From IMG/VR virus record IMGVR_UViG_3300037310_000051, positions 1 to 59,443 of that record: a stretch of 59,443 nucleotides of DNA, one strand, 5' to 3'. The notes under the pieces are model-generated. The model made no database searches and was not told the DNA's origin. It saw only the letters and a list, made by a program, of their open reading frames with translations. The translations under genes were made by a program, and so were the position numbers. The DNA is from a virus (taxonomy: Duplodnaviria > Caudoviricetes). Shown here one piece after another: positions 1 through 9,215 of the stretch (positions are counted from its first letter, which is position 1; the number at the start of each line of letters is the position of its first letter).

Positions 1-392
1 TCAGGGAGGTCGTAGTAGAATTCATGAATGGTGTCGGTGTCGGTGCGATAGCACCGGACGCCCTGATAATACCACCGATCGGTGGATATGTACCCCTGCG
101 GATCATCGAACCCATTGGCACCCACGGCCCATTTCGCCGGAGGCGCACCGCCGTGTGCGGACGACGGAATAATCGCTGCCGTATGATACTCCAGCCCGTC
201 GAACGCGGTATCTTTCCCGAACGAGTAGAGACACATGTAATCATCGGTCGTGACCAGGCCGAGCATGCGCACCGCCCAGGTCGCTGAAAACGGATATGGC
301 AACGGCAGACGGCGCCGGAGCGTATGGCCTTCCAGATCGGACAGCCCGATGGCCTGATGTACAAATGAGGTATGCCCGAATTGAATCGCCAT
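1..392 (-). CDS. 5' part of LamG/concanavalin-like virion protein (allelic copy of 58332-59219), truncated by window edge
   Basis: ATG at 392 (MAIQFGHT...) overlaps the stop of 392-886; same frame as the full copy at the right end. Confidence 0.7.
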   Translation of the reverse strand, partial: MAIQFGHTSFVHQAIGLSDLEGHTLRRRLPLPYPFSATWAVRMLGLVTTDDYMCLYSFGKDTAFDGLEYHTAAIIPSSAHGGAPPAKWAVGANGFDDPQGYISTDRWYYQGVRCYRTDTDTIHEFYYDLP

Positions 393-616
393 CAGGTAAT
401 CGTCTCGTAGACGCCTCGATATTTCACGGCATTGTTCGTGCCGGTCGCATGAAAGGCGGTGCCTGTTGAATTTTTCACGACGATGCCCCACTTCGGGGGC
501 AGTCGTCCACCAAACGCGGTGGCGATACTGAACGGTCCCCATTCCACATCATCGTTATCATCTGATGTATCCACCGCTGCCGTGCCCAGCGGAATCAGAT
601 CGTTATAACCATCGAC
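1..616. repeat. Left copy of terminal direct repeat (circular-genome overlap)
   Basis: Matches 58828-59443. First 127 bp are identical, then about 23 substitutions (manual count) and no indels. Confidence 0.95.
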
Positions 617-886
617 CCCGCCGGTCGTGCCCCAGGTAATCGTGGCATCCGAACCAGTTACGCCAGCCGTATAGCTGGTGCCATCCCATGACCCATAGGC
701 GTAGATTTCGATTTGCCCGTCTGCCGTGACGGCTCCGATTTGCGTGATGCCTCCGACAAACGCATCGAGATAGAGGTTGCTCGTATTGTCCACCGCCGTC
801 GATTCTCGGTATCCGGCAGATCCAAGGCTGGTCAACGTAATTGTGATGCTGGTTGCCGATCCATAGGCCAGTTTTCGATCAGCCAT
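392..886 (-). CDS. Putative virion structural protein (Thr/Ser/Gly-rich, beta-rich)
   Basis: 164 aa ORF with upstream SD (AGGGGG) in the neck/appendage block; C-terminus repeated at 59219-59443. Confidence 0.7.
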   Translation of the reverse strand: MADRKLAYGSATSITITLTSLGSAGYRESTAVDNTSNLYLDAFVGGITQIGAVTADGQIEIYAYGSWDGTSYTAGVTGSDATITWGTTGGVDGYNDLIPLGTAAVDTSDDNDDVEWGPFSIATAFGGRLPPKWGIVVKNSTGTAFHATGTNNAVKYRGVYETIT

Positions 887-922
887 CGGTTACGCCCCCT
901 GTAATCTGATTACGACCTACTC

Positions 923-1510
923 CTACCCCTCACACACCGCGCTGACGCCGTAGGGTTGATTCACCTGATTCACGAGCGGCACATCCAGCCACGTGTCATG
1001 TGTCCGTCCGATCTCAATCCATTTCCCGCTCACGAGCCGTGACACGATGTATTCCTGTTGGCATCGACCTGGTATCCATGACACCGTCGTCTGTTTGGCA
1101 TCCGGATTCGGCACGATGAAGAGCGCCACCGGCTGCGGAGACGACACGCTCGGATTGGCCGGACTGGCGGGGGCCACGGTATCGCGCACCGCATCAATAA
1201 AAGCCGGGCTACTCGCGTTCCCGGCCAGGTCAAATGCCACGACGTTAAACCGATAGCTCCCGTCCGCCGTCACGCCCAGTGCGGCGCACGTCGTGCTGGT
1301 TGGGTGACTCGTCGAGGTTTTCGAGAGTGTCACAATCGGGAGCGCCGTTGAGCCGCGCACGGCCCACGCGCGATAGCCCGCCAGATCGGACTCAGTGTTG
1401 GCATTCCAACTGAACGTACACGTCGCGCCGATGTACGGCGGCGTCTGCGCCTCAGCCCACCCGACGTAGACGAACAGACTGGCACACAACATCAACAGGA
1501 TTTGTTTCAT
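923..1510 (-). CDS. Secreted fibronectin type III-like protein
   Basis: N-terminal signal peptide (…WAEA|Q) and Fn3-type motifs FSWNANTESDLAGYR and YRFNVVAFDLAGNASSP; SD AAGGAG. Confidence 0.7.
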   Translation of the reverse strand: MKQILLMLCASLFVYVGWAEAQTPPYIGATCTFSWNANTESDLAGYRAWAVRGSTALPIVTLSKTSTSHPTSTTCAALGVTADGSYRFNVVAFDLAGNASSPAFIDAVRDTVAPASPANPSVSSPQPVALFIVPNPDAKQTTVSWIPGRCQQEYIVSRLVSGKWIEIGRTHDTWLDVPLVNQVNQPYGVSAVCEG

Positions 1511-1670
1511 GGTTGTCTCCTTGTTTGTTCATGCAGGATTCACATAAGGGATTCGCGGCCAACATTTTCAATGTTGAGGGCCACCCGCATCCCGCACAGC
1601 GCCCATGATACGGACTCAACGGCGGCCCGGGACCATCTGCGTGACATCGACATGTTGGACAGTGCTGCAT
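1452..1670 (-). CDS. Small Cys-rich (CxxC) hypothetical protein
   Basis: Three CxxC motifs; fills the gap between neighbouring genes. Confidence 0.4.
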   Translation of the reverse strand: MQHCPTCRCHADGPGPPLSPYHGRCAGCGWPSTLKMLAANPLCESCMNKQGDNHETNPVDVVCQSVRLRRVG

Positions 1671-1816
1671 AGGGCATGCTCTCTGTTTCGAAGAACCACC
1701 ATATCAAACCACTCCCCACAATTTACGCATCGCCAGGCGTCATGACTCCAGCCGTCCATCAGCCCATCGGGCTGCTGTCCCGATACCAGCAGCCCCGCAC
1801 AGCGACGACAGCGCAC
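1616..1816 (-). CDS. Small zinc-ribbon protein (CxRCxG...WRCVNCG, Nitrospira-like family)
   Basis: GTG at 1816 is coupled to the upstream TAG (TAGTG); MRCRRCAGLLV...AWRCVNCGEWFDMVVLRNR. Confidence 0.6.
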   Translation of the reverse strand: MRCRRCAGLLVSGQQPDGLMDGWSHDAWRCVNCGEWFDMVVLRNREHALCSTVQHVDVTQMVPGRR

Positions 1817-2211
1817 TAGGTGGTCAGCGTGTTGGTAACGGTCAGTTGCCATTGCTGCGTGTTCGCCTTCGTGCCGAGCGATTCTTGCATGCGTTGTAAC
1901 ATGAACACGTTCGCCGCTGTTGACGTTGCCGAGGCTGTTGAGTTCTTGACGCCCCACTCCTGCCACTCAAAGTTGGCTACGTTGGTCGCGTAGAGTCCAC
2001 GATAAGACAGGGCATTGACCGATCGCGAGGGGTAGCCGGATTCCATGGTGGCGGCGATGCTGGTGCCCTTCAGGTGGTTATCGGCGGCATCGTGTGCGCC
2101 CGTGCCAGATCCCACCCAGAGCACCGCGCCCGTTGCGGTCAGCAGTGGGGTGATGCTTTCCCCATTCAGCACGGCAGCAATGATGTTGCGCCCAGTTCGA
2201 TGTAACGGCAT
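1816..2211 (-). CDS. Putative virion structural protein
   Basis: 131 aa with strong SD (GAAGGAGGG); ANFEWQEWGV motif seen in phage virion proteins; lies in the structural block. Confidence 0.65.
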   Translation of the reverse strand: MPLHRTGRNIIAAVLNGESITPLLTATGAVLWVGSGTGAHDAADNHLKGTSIAATMESGYPSRSVNALSYRGLYATNVANFEWQEWGVKNSTASATSTAANVFMLQRMQESLGTKANTQQWQLTVTNTLTT

Positions 2212-2242
2212 GACGTGACCCTCCTTCTCTCACTGCTAGATG

Positions 2243-2419
2243 TTAGAACTTCTCGATCAAGATGCAGATGCCGTCACGCATGGTGCGCCGTTCGACAAGT
2301 TTCGGTTCATCGCCGCTCTTGTCGATCTTCTCAACGATCGCCACCTCACTGAGCTTCACATCGGACAGATCCAGATTACCACTGAGCAGATCGGCCAGAA
2401 TTGCTTCCTGTGTTCTCAT
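2243..2419 (-). CDS. Small hypothetical protein (58 aa, below ORF-track cutoff)
   Basis: ATGA coupling with 2416-3105; MRTQEAILADLLSGNLDLSDVKLSEV...EKF. Confidence 0.55.
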   Translation of the reverse strand: MRTQEAILADLLSGNLDLSDVKLSEVAIVEKIDKSGDEPKLVERRTMRDGICILIEKF

Positions 2420-3105
2420 GCCAGACTCCGGAGTGGGGCGAGAATCTCCAACACCGATTTCGGCATATCGCCCGCATCGGCAGAGTAGGTGATAGACAGA
2501 TCTCCCACACGCTCACTCTGCACGCCGACCTGTCGATCGCGCGAAAGATACATGCTGCGCGCCATCTCAATGCAAGCGTCCTGGTAATCCGCCGGGAGCG
2601 TCACGCCCGTCGAGGTCGTCCCGTCCCAGGTGCTCCCGCTGTCTTTCCCGCCAAGGAGAAGATAGCCCGCCGAAAACTCCACCAGATAGTGCGGGTATTC
2701 TTTTCCGGGTTCAGGCTCTAGCTCCGTAATGCTCGGCCCCTGCTGCCACGTCCACGGCCAGCCCTCGTCACGATTCAAGTGGCCACGCTCCCGATCCAGC
2801 CGGTACTCGGTCGAGAGAATCTCGGCGGCTGAGCCCGTATCGGTTCCGTCATAAAACCGCAGGATCTCGCGGACCGGATAGGCGGGCAGTTGCAGACACA
2901 CACCCCCATAGGCGGGCATCACGGCTTGATAGCGTTGCACGCCGAGTTCGCGCCCTAAGAAGCGCTGAATGCGTCGCGACGCGCGCCCGATAAACCGCTC
3001 CAGCGTGTTGTCGGCGGCGTTGTCGGTGAGGTCGAGGGTGTCCTTCACGTCGGCCACCGTGGTGAGTTTGTCGTCTGTAGCAGAGGTGAGAATCGTGACG
3101 ATCAT
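2416..3105 (-). CDS. Head-tail connector/adaptor (gp6/gp15-like)
   Basis: LTTVADVKDTL...LERFIGRASRRIQRFLGR and LPADYQDACIEMA...SERVGDLSITY motifs; downstream of the capsid gene. Confidence 0.8.
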   Translation of the reverse strand: MIVTILTSATDDKLTTVADVKDTLDLTDNAADNTLERFIGRASRRIQRFLGRELGVQRYQAVMPAYGGVCLQLPAYPVREILRFYDGTDTGSAAEILSTEYRLDRERGHLNRDEGWPWTWQQGPSITELEPEPGKEYPHYLVEFSAGYLLLGGKDSGSTWDGTTSTGVTLPADYQDACIEMARSMYLSRDRQVGVQSERVGDLSITYSADAGDMPKSVLEILAPLRSLA

Positions 3106-3106
3106 G

Positions 3107-4216
3107 TTAGTCTACGGTCCCTCCGCGCGACTTGAGTTCCAGGATGCAGTACATGCGGTTGGTTTCCTGAAACGCGCCCTCGTGCAGATACAGTTCGTTC
3201 AGCTTCGTGTCCAACTGCTTCCGCGCCTCGGCGAGGCGTTGCTCATACTCCGACTTCGCCGGTTCGCCCAGGTGTTGCAGCACCCATTCCATCTCGGTGA
3301 TGCCACCCTGTGCGAGCAAGACCGTGTCCTTGAGCGTCTTAACTTGCTTGGAGAGTTGTTCGGCGCGCGCCTTCAGCTTCTCTAGACCGAAAAAGCCGTA
3401 ATCCGGTCCTGGATCATAGCCATATCGATGCGACTGCCAGAGCAGGGCGCTGTTCTCCGGACGATGCACGGCGATGCCCCGCGCGTGCGCGATGCCCATG
3501 TAGAATTCGACGCAGGCCTTCTCGAAGAAGTACTCCCGCCCGATGATCAAGTCGATGCCATAGATGCCGATCTCTGTAAACCCCTCAGCAATGGCCAGCA
3601 TGAACATGAACGCGATCGAGCTGGTCGCATAGTCCAGCCCGTTGCGTGGACTGGGATCTGCCGGATCATATAGGCCCAGCTCTTGTCGCACACGATCGTA
3701 GGGATAGGTCACGCTGTTTGGCATGGCCGGATCGTGATCAATCATGTAGGTGGGAATCGGTGCCTCAGTAATCCACTTGCGCTGATCGGTGCCCGGCGCC
3801 CACTTCTTCGCGTTTGTCCAGTCGCGATGAATCTGAAAGTTGCGATCCATGCGCGGGATAAACCGATAGACTTGATTCACGCCCCAGATTTCACAATCCG
3901 GATCGTCGTACCACGCCAGGTGTCGCGAGTTCTCCGCGTAGCCCACGATGCAGACCTTCTTCCGCTTGCGTCCGTCAGCGGGACAGACGATGGCGTTGAC
4001 AGGATCGAGCACCGTCACGTGCGCCGAGCAGGGATGATCCCAGCGCACCGGCCCGCAGAGGTGTGCGGGAATACCGTCCACCTGCGGGAAGGTCTGTTCG
4101 GGTAGTACATCCTGCGTAGTGGGCATAATGGTGACGGCTTCGGCCACCTGCACAGCGTCGAGCGTCTGCATGACGGGATCAGCTTCGGTCACTACAATGT
4201 CGTTGAGTGATGACAT
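3107..4216 (-). CDS. CstII/GT42/Maf-like (sialyltransferase-fold) glycosyltransferase with C-terminal coiled coil
   Basis: KKVCIVG...EIWGVNQVY and TSSIAFMFMLAIAEGFTEIGIYGIDL resemble the CstII/Maf motifs (KKVIIAG...RCNQFY; TSGVY..A.AIALGYKEIYL.GIDF). Confidence 0.6.
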   Translation of the reverse strand: MSSLNDIVVTEADPVMQTLDAVQVAEAVTIMPTTQDVLPEQTFPQVDGIPAHLCGPVRWDHPCSAHVTVLDPVNAIVCPADGRKRKKVCIVGYAENSRHLAWYDDPDCEIWGVNQVYRFIPRMDRNFQIHRDWTNAKKWAPGTDQRKWITEAPIPTYMIDHDPAMPNSVTYPYDRVRQELGLYDPADPSPRNGLDYATSSIAFMFMLAIAEGFTEIGIYGIDLIIGREYFFEKACVEFYMGIAHARGIAVHRPENSALLWQSHRYGYDPGPDYGFFGLEKLKARAEQLSKQVKTLKDTVLLAQGGITEMEWVLQHLGEPAKSEYEQRLAEARKQLDTKLNELYLHEGAFQETNRMYCILELKSRGGTVD

Positions 4217-4261
4217 AATCGGATGCCGCCTTTCGTGTCGTGAGACTGCGTGACGATGCTG

Positions 4262-4513
4262 CTATTTCGTTTCTGCGTGAGTCACCATCTTATCCTTAAT
4301 GGGGCGAGCTGGGGCTTTCCCGTGAGCCGAATCTTCCTGCGTCGTAACCACGTGGCGGACGGCAGCGCCCGCAGCCACCAACACGTCAGCCTCAGCCGTG
4401 GGTACTCGCACCAGCTCGCCCGCGTTGTACTGCGGTCCGCAGCCCACACGATAGCTGTGAAACTTGTCGGTGAGTCGGACCGTCTCATATTCCGGTGTAT
4501 ATTCAAGACTCAT
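4262..4513 (-). CDS. Small head-associated hypothetical protein
   Basis: 83 aa with SD AAGGAGG; YNAGE..VP..EA..LV..G.A pattern typical of small genes after a capsid gene. Confidence 0.6.
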   Translation of the reverse strand: MSLEYTPEYETVRLTDKFHSYRVGCGPQYNAGELVRVPTAEADVLVAAGAAVRHVVTTQEDSAHGKAPARPIKDKMVTHAETK

Positions 4514-4564
4514 AAGGCCCTCCTTGGCGGTTGCCGCCGCCCGTCCAAAGTGAGAATGCCGACC

Positions 4565-5161
4565 TTAGGTGTTCGTCCCGGTCGTCGGCACGTAGAACCG
4601 CTTGTTGTAGGACCCGGACGGATTCACCGCCTTATCCCGGCCCGCATCCTCTTCCTGCGCACCAAGCAAGTTCAGGCCGAGGTGGCACGTGAACAGCTGC
4701 GCCGCCGCCGTCGAGGTGGCGATGCCGATGCGCGTGACTTGTCCGCTGGCTCGAATGTACCGCTTGGCACCCAAGAGCGGAATGGCCGCCGGAGAATACT
4801 GTGCGCGAATCGTCCCCGTGCTCCAGGACGGATGATCCGTGGACATGTCCGTGGCATAATAGCTCTGCACCGTGCTGGGAAGCTGATCGGTCGAGAACGC
4901 CACCGCATCCCCGCCCCCTGAACTATCTCCGTGCTTCAGTCGCACATCCAACTGCAAGCGGCTTCCGCCTGCGGTTGAGGTCGTACCCGGCAGCGTGCCG
5001 GCCAGCACCGGCTGCGCATGGGTGAAGCGCATCGGGAAGGCCTGCAAATCGATGACGTTACCATCGAAGATGCCGCCCGAGGTGGAATCCCCTCCGGTCG
5101 CGCAATCCAGCACGATGTGATTTTCCTTACCCTGCACATACACTGGCGTGATTCGAATCAT
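4565..5161 (-). CDS. Putative capsid decoration/cement protein
   Basis: Immediately downstream of the major capsid gene, SD GAGGAGG, beta-rich with a KRYIR motif; Ser/Thr-rich. Confidence 0.55.
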   Translation of the reverse strand: MIRITPVYVQGKENHIVLDCATGGDSTSGGIFDGNVIDLQAFPMRFTHAQPVLAGTLPGTTSTAGGSRLQLDVRLKHGDSSGGGDAVAFSTDQLPSTVQSYYATDMSTDHPSWSTGTIRAQYSPAAIPLLGAKRYIRASGQVTRIGIATSTAAAQLFTCHLGLNLLGAQEEDAGRDKAVNPSGSYNKRFYVPTTGTNT

Positions 5162-5223
5162 AGTACGGTCCTCCTCGTTTCTGTGGGCGCCAGGGCGCCG
5201 TGAATGCCGTTACCCTCCGTAAC

Positions 5224-6552
5224 TTACACGCCCCATCGCACGCCCGTGGCGACGGCAATGGCTTCCTCCCGTCGCGCCACCAGATCGTGCTCGCTGATCG
5301 CCCGCACGACGGTTTCGTCCCGGCTGTAGGCCGCCTTGACGGTGCCACCCTCTTCGTAGGCTGCGATGTCCGATGCGTCGATCATGAGACGCTCGCTATC
5401 ACCGATGACCAGCTCGCCTGCATCGACGAAATACAGCTCCGAGGTGTCACTGTTGGAGCCCTCGGTCAGCGTGTTTGGCACGGTGGTGGACACCGTGAAT
5501 GCATAGCCCCAGAGCGTCCCACGCATCATCTCGTCCCTGAACGCATAGGGTCCGTTGGTGGTCCGCACCGCCGTGAGGTTCATATAGGTGCGTGGTGACA
5601 TTACCCAGTGACAGTTCGCCATGGGGATGTTGTTCTCTAAGAGCTTCAAGATCAGCTTAGAGAGCGTGGTAGTCATGGCGGCCAGATTGGCGTCGCCGCC
5701 CACGCCGCCCGTGGCGACGATGACGTTGTTTGGTGACGCCCAGTATCGCAGCCCGCGCGGCGTGGAATCCGTACCGGGATCGCGCAGAAACGCTTGATCC
5801 TGGCGCACGGCGGTTTCCGAGACGATGTCGTTGCGAATCAACTGATCGGCGCCCGGCGAGGAGAAGCGGAATAGATCGTTCGAGACCGGCACCAGGGTCA
5901 TTTGTTTCTTGAAGCTCAGAAGCACGCTGCCGGTCTTGACATGCGAGGTCGTCGGCGACGTGGACTCGCCCACGTAGTAGGAGTTGGTGCCGCTCATCTT
6001 CTTTGGCAGACGGAAATTGCCGTTCGGCATGGGGAGCGTGATGGGATTCATGTTTCGCACGATGACCCGCGCGCGCAGCAGGTCGATGACCTCTGTGGAG
6101 ACGGCTTGCGGAATCAGCACTCCGCCCGTTTCCGGATCGCCCGCCGTCATGGCCTTCAGGACTTGATCACCGTAGAGCTTGGCGGTGTCCTCGAAGAGCT
6201 GGGCAATGTCGTCGTGCCCGTCCTTCTTCAAGTGATAGATCGTGGCCTCATAGTCGTTTTTGGCCCGCTTGGCCGCCCGCACGCAGGCGCCGAGGGCTTC
6301 GCCCTTCTGTCGCTCCCGCTTCTTGCCGGTGAATTCATGCAGGGCGGACTTCTCCTTGGCCTTCTCCTGCAGCGCCTTGGCGGTTTTCTCGATCTCCACC
6401 TGCTTGACGGTCTTACTCGGATCTTCCGCCGAGGGCGCCAGGCTGGTCTTCACGGACGCCTCAATGGCCTCCTTAACCAGCGGCCCGACTTCGGTTTTGA
6501 CCAGATCGAGCACGGTGTCCTTAATGTGCTGATTCAGCTCTTCGACTTTCAT
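5224..6552 (-). CDS. Major capsid protein, HK97 fold, with N-terminal delta/scaffold domain
   Basis: GGVLIP..VS.EVI.LLR, TPRGL, WVMSPRTY, RDETVVRAI..HD motifs; coiled-coil N-terminus. Confidence 0.95.
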   Translation of the reverse strand: MKVEELNQHIKDTVLDLVKTEVGPLVKEAIEASVKTSLAPSAEDPSKTVKQVEIEKTAKALQEKAKEKSALHEFTGKKRERQKGEALGACVRAAKRAKNDYEATIYHLKKDGHDDIAQLFEDTAKLYGDQVLKAMTAGDPETGGVLIPQAVSTEVIDLLRARVIVRNMNPITLPMPNGNFRLPKKMSGTNSYYVGESTSPTTSHVKTGSVLLSFKKQMTLVPVSNDLFRFSSPGADQLIRNDIVSETAVRQDQAFLRDPGTDSTPRGLRYWASPNNVIVATGGVGGDANLAAMTTTLSKLILKLLENNIPMANCHWVMSPRTYMNLTAVRTTNGPYAFRDEMMRGTLWGYAFTVSTTVPNTLTEGSNSDTSELYFVDAGELVIGDSERLMIDASDIAAYEEGGTVKAAYSRDETVVRAISEHDLVARREEAIAVATGVRWGV

Positions 6553-6597
6553 GCGCGCGCCCTCCTTGTGTATAGTCGCCGTCAGAATAATGCTGTG

Positions 6598-7578
6598 TTA
6601 ATCCGCTATGCGCCCTCGGGCATAGTCAATCTGTTGCTTGATGTGCATGGTGATGAGCCCCGTCAAGGCGCTCTTGGTCGCCTCGCGCACCGTCTTGGTT
6701 ACGGCCTTCAGATCCACCCCGAAGATGTACTGATCCTCATCCTCCAGCGTGAAGCCTGCGGGCGCTGCTTGCTGCTCGACTACGGGAGCAGCCTTCACCG
6801 CAGCCTCCTGCTCAGCCTTGAGCTGTGCCAAGACGTTGGCCTTAATGCGCTCGATCATGGCCTCCTCATCAATCGTGCTGGCTGATTCTGGGGTTGGTTC
6901 GTCTACGGATGCAGTAAGGTCCCCCGTCGCACTCTCCACCCACGTGCCCGCGCCCTTGCAGGCCGTAAGAAACTGCTCGCAGCCTTTGGCGAAGTCCGCC
7001 AACACCGCCGGGTCCAGCTCTGCCGAGAGCCGCACGAGACACTCGGGGTTTGCCGGAACCGGCACAATCGACCACTCCAACAGCTCGGCCTCTTCGATGT
7101 CGATGCCTCTTCGCTCTTCGTTGTACAGGTACTTGATAGGCTTGAAGCCCACGCTGGCCGCTCGTAGAAACCCTCCATCGACCATGCGGCGCACCGTATC
7201 GGCGAACGGGTAGATCTCCGCCGAGGCGAATTCCACGTCCGCCTCCAGAGCGTTTTTCTTGCCATCCAGCTTGGGACACTTCCCTACGGGGAGGCTGCGG
7301 TAGTCATGCCCGAACAGTACGACGGGATTCTTCTTGTAATTGTCGGTGTTCCACCCCGCGACGTTGACCACATCTTTGTCGCGATCAACTCCGTTCGTAG
7401 AAATGATAAAGCGATAGCGGGCGCTGCCATCCTTGGCTTTGATGGTCTTGACTTCAGCGGTGAACCCCTGGATGACGGCGAACTCGTCGCTGGGAAGCGA
7501 TTTCTCTTTCGCGCCGGTCACGAACTCCTCGGCGCTGAGAATCGGAAGGCCTGCTGGCGTCTTGGCTATGCGCGACAT
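6598..7578 (-). CDS. HK97-family prohead protease
   Basis: ISTNGVDRDKDVV, NPVVLFGHDY, ASVGF, ELLEWSIVPVPANPECL motifs. Confidence 0.93.
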   Translation of the reverse strand: MSRIAKTPAGLPILSAEEFVTGAKEKSLPSDEFAVIQGFTAEVKTIKAKDGSARYRFIISTNGVDRDKDVVNVAGWNTDNYKKNPVVLFGHDYRSLPVGKCPKLDGKKNALEADVEFASAEIYPFADTVRRMVDGGFLRAASVGFKPIKYLYNEERRGIDIEEAELLEWSIVPVPANPECLVRLSAELDPAVLADFAKGCEQFLTACKGAGTWVESATGDLTASVDEPTPESASTIDEEAMIERIKANVLAQLKAEQEAAVKAAPVVEQQAAPAGFTLEDEDQYIFGVDLKAVTKTVREATKSALTGLITMHIKQQIDYARGRIAD

Positions 7579-7602
7579 GGCGTCGTCCCTCGCAAGTGGT
7601 CC

Positions 7603-7654
7603 AAAAATAGAAAAGCCTGGCCGGGCACCTCTTGGAGAGGAACCCGACCAGGCT
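7603..7654 (-). terminator. Long hairpin plus U-tract in the leader of the protease/capsid operon
   Basis: Minus strand AGCCTGGTCGGG-TT-CCTCT-CCA-AGAGG-TG-CCCGGCCAGGCT followed by TTTCTATTTTT. Confidence 0.65.
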
Positions 7655-7695
7655 CGTCGTCTGCCCTGGCGCAGGAATCTATCTAGTGACCGTAT

Positions 7696-7720
7696 ACTAT
7701 ACTTGCGTACCTAAAGTAAA
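7696..7720 (-). promoter_or_regulatory. Promoter-like motif TTTACT-N13-TATAGT
   Basis: Same hexamers as the 17-bp-spaced promoters elsewhere in the genome, but with a shorter spacer. Confidence 0.45.
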
Positions 7721-7736
7721 GCCTTTTCTATTCCGC

Positions 7737-7859
7737 CTATTCGTCGAGCTTCTGATTCAGTTTGAGCCAGAGCCTGTCGGCGGCTGGCGACCAGTACCAC
7801 CAGCCAATGATGATGCCACCAATGATGCCTAACACGTAGTCCCACTCGCAATTACTCAT
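7737..7859 (-). CDS. Small single-TM membrane protein (40 aa)
   Basis: ATGA-coupled to 7856-8164; MSNCEWDYVLGIIGGIIIGWWYWSP... Confidence 0.5.
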   Translation of the reverse strand: MSNCEWDYVLGIIGGIIIGWWYWSPAADRLWLKLNQKLDE

Positions 7860-8164
7860 CTGCCCTCGCGATTCTCCGGCTTCAGCTTCTCCAGCTGCGC
7901 CACGCGCTCATGAATGGCCTTCGCCACTTGCGTCAGTTTGTCGATCGACTGCGTAGAAATGCTCAGCGTCTCCGTGGTGGTGCCCTGCATGGTGGTAAGC
8001 GTCTGAATCGCCCTATCTATGTCCTCGCGCATGGTCTTGATCAGATCTTCGAGAAAGGCCGCGTGTGCCTTCGCCTCGGCCTGCACCTGCGCAATGGCTT
8101 GCGTCATGAGATCGTTGCCGGTCTTGTGTCGCAGACTCTCCAATGGGGTGATAAACTCAGCCAT
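7856..8164 (-). CDS. Coiled-coil hypothetical protein
   Basis: 102 aa, SD GAGGAG, heptad-like helical sequence. Confidence 0.65.
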   Translation of the reverse strand: MAEFITPLESLRHKTGNDLMTQAIAQVQAEAKAHAAFLEDLIKTMREDIDRAIQTLTTMQGTTTETLSISTQSIDKLTQVAKAIHERVAQLEKLKPENREGR

Positions 8165-8188
8165 ACAAACGGTTCTCCTCTGTAGTGG

Positions 8189-8389
8189 TTAGGAATTCAT
8201 CTCATAGCGTTCCACGGGCACCCGCCCGCGCACGGTGAACTCGTGCTCGGCAAACACAATCACCTTGCAGGGAAGCCCCTCATCGGTGAACTTGATATCC
8301 ACGCGCACGCTCTTGGCGCCCTGCACGGTGGCGCTGCGTCGATCGAGGGCTTCGCAGATCGCCGTCTTGACGTGCTGCATAGAGGTCAT
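8189..8389 (-). CDS. Hypothetical protein
   Basis: ATGA-coupled in the operon. Confidence 0.55.
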   Translation of the reverse strand: MTSMQHVKTAICEALDRRSATVQGAKSVRVDIKFTDEGLPCKVIVFAEHEFTVRGRVPVERYEMNS

Positions 8390-9021
8390 AGCAGAGTGTC
8401 CTCGGTGTCCAGAATCGCGCCGACCTCTTTATAGGTAAGACACTCCACGACAGAGACCGCCATGATCTGCTCCACCGCCTCCTTCTCCTTCGTGTAGTCG
8501 AAGCCGTAGCGCGCGGGATGCGTCAATAACGTCGAGGACGCCGGGATCACGATGTTGTATTCCATGCCGCGCAACAGACCGATCCAAAACTCCAGATTGG
8601 CCCGCTCGCAGAGGCGCTCGCGCCCGTAGCTCAGGTTAACACCGTCCAGACGAATCTCGTCAAAGCCCAGCATGGCCGCGTAGGTCAGCATGTAGGCGAA
8701 CGAAGAACAGAAGTACTCGTGACCGAAGTAGGCGACGACATCATCAATGGGATACACCCGCGCACGAGGATTGCTCGTAAACTGGTCCGTCAGGTAGATT
8801 GGAATCGGGCACTGATCGATCCAGATCATGTCCAGATCGGATTGCGCATGGCGCTGGTGCAGGTCAAACCACCGATCGGCGCGAAACCGCCCCCGGCTAT
8901 CCACCATGAAACCCAGACGATTGGCGTGGTTCAAGCCCCAGATCTCATAGGCCGGATCATCCATGGGGGCAGTGGGCACAAGAGCCTGCTCGAAGCCCAC
9001 AATGGAGACCTTGCGCTTCAT
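8386..9021 (-). CDS. Second CstII/GT42/Maf-like glycosyltransferase (paralog of 3107-4216)
   Basis: KRKVSIVG...DDPAYEIWGLN...SSFAYMLTYAAMLGFDEIRLDGVNL..GRE...EFWIG...RYGFD aligns motif by motif with 3107-4216. Confidence 0.6.
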   Translation of the reverse strand: MKRKVSIVGFEQALVPTAPMDDPAYEIWGLNHANRLGFMVDSRGRFRADRWFDLHQRHAQSDLDMIWIDQCPIPIYLTDQFTSNPRARVYPIDDVVAYFGHEYFCSSFAYMLTYAAMLGFDEIRLDGVNLSYGRERLCERANLEFWIGLLRGMEYNIVIPASSTLLTHPARYGFDYTKEKEAVEQIMAVSVVECLTYKEVGAILDTEDTLL

Positions 9022-9215
9022 GATTGATGCTCAATCCGCGTCAGTGCCGCACGGTCCAGCTGTGCGCTCTCCTTGCGCCACTCTTCCTTCGTGGTGAAGT
9101 TGTATCCGCGCACGACGCCCGCCGTCATCTTCACCGGCTCGCCGCAATACCAATACCAGCCATCAGGAAGGGGTGCTGGTGTAACAACGTCATGCTGTCC
9201 GATAGTCGTTTTCAT
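9018..9215 (-). CDS. Hypothetical protein
   Basis: Coupled to both neighbours, SD GGAGG. Confidence 0.55.
   Translation of the reverse strand: MKTTIGQHDVVTPAPLPDGWYWYCGEPVKMTAGVVRGYNFTTKEEWRKESAQLDRAALTRIEHQS

Noticed and set aside
1-616. Near-identical repeat pair as a DGR template/variable repeat
   Set aside because: Mismatches are not adenine-specific on either strand, many are synonymous, the repeat spans two genes at the contig ends, and I found no reverse transcriptase.
5902-6885. Long plus-strand ORFs opposite structural genes (also 4250-4921, 56637-57278, 51987-52559 and others)
   Set aside because: Antisense shadows of high-GC coding genes, with no recognisable motifs.
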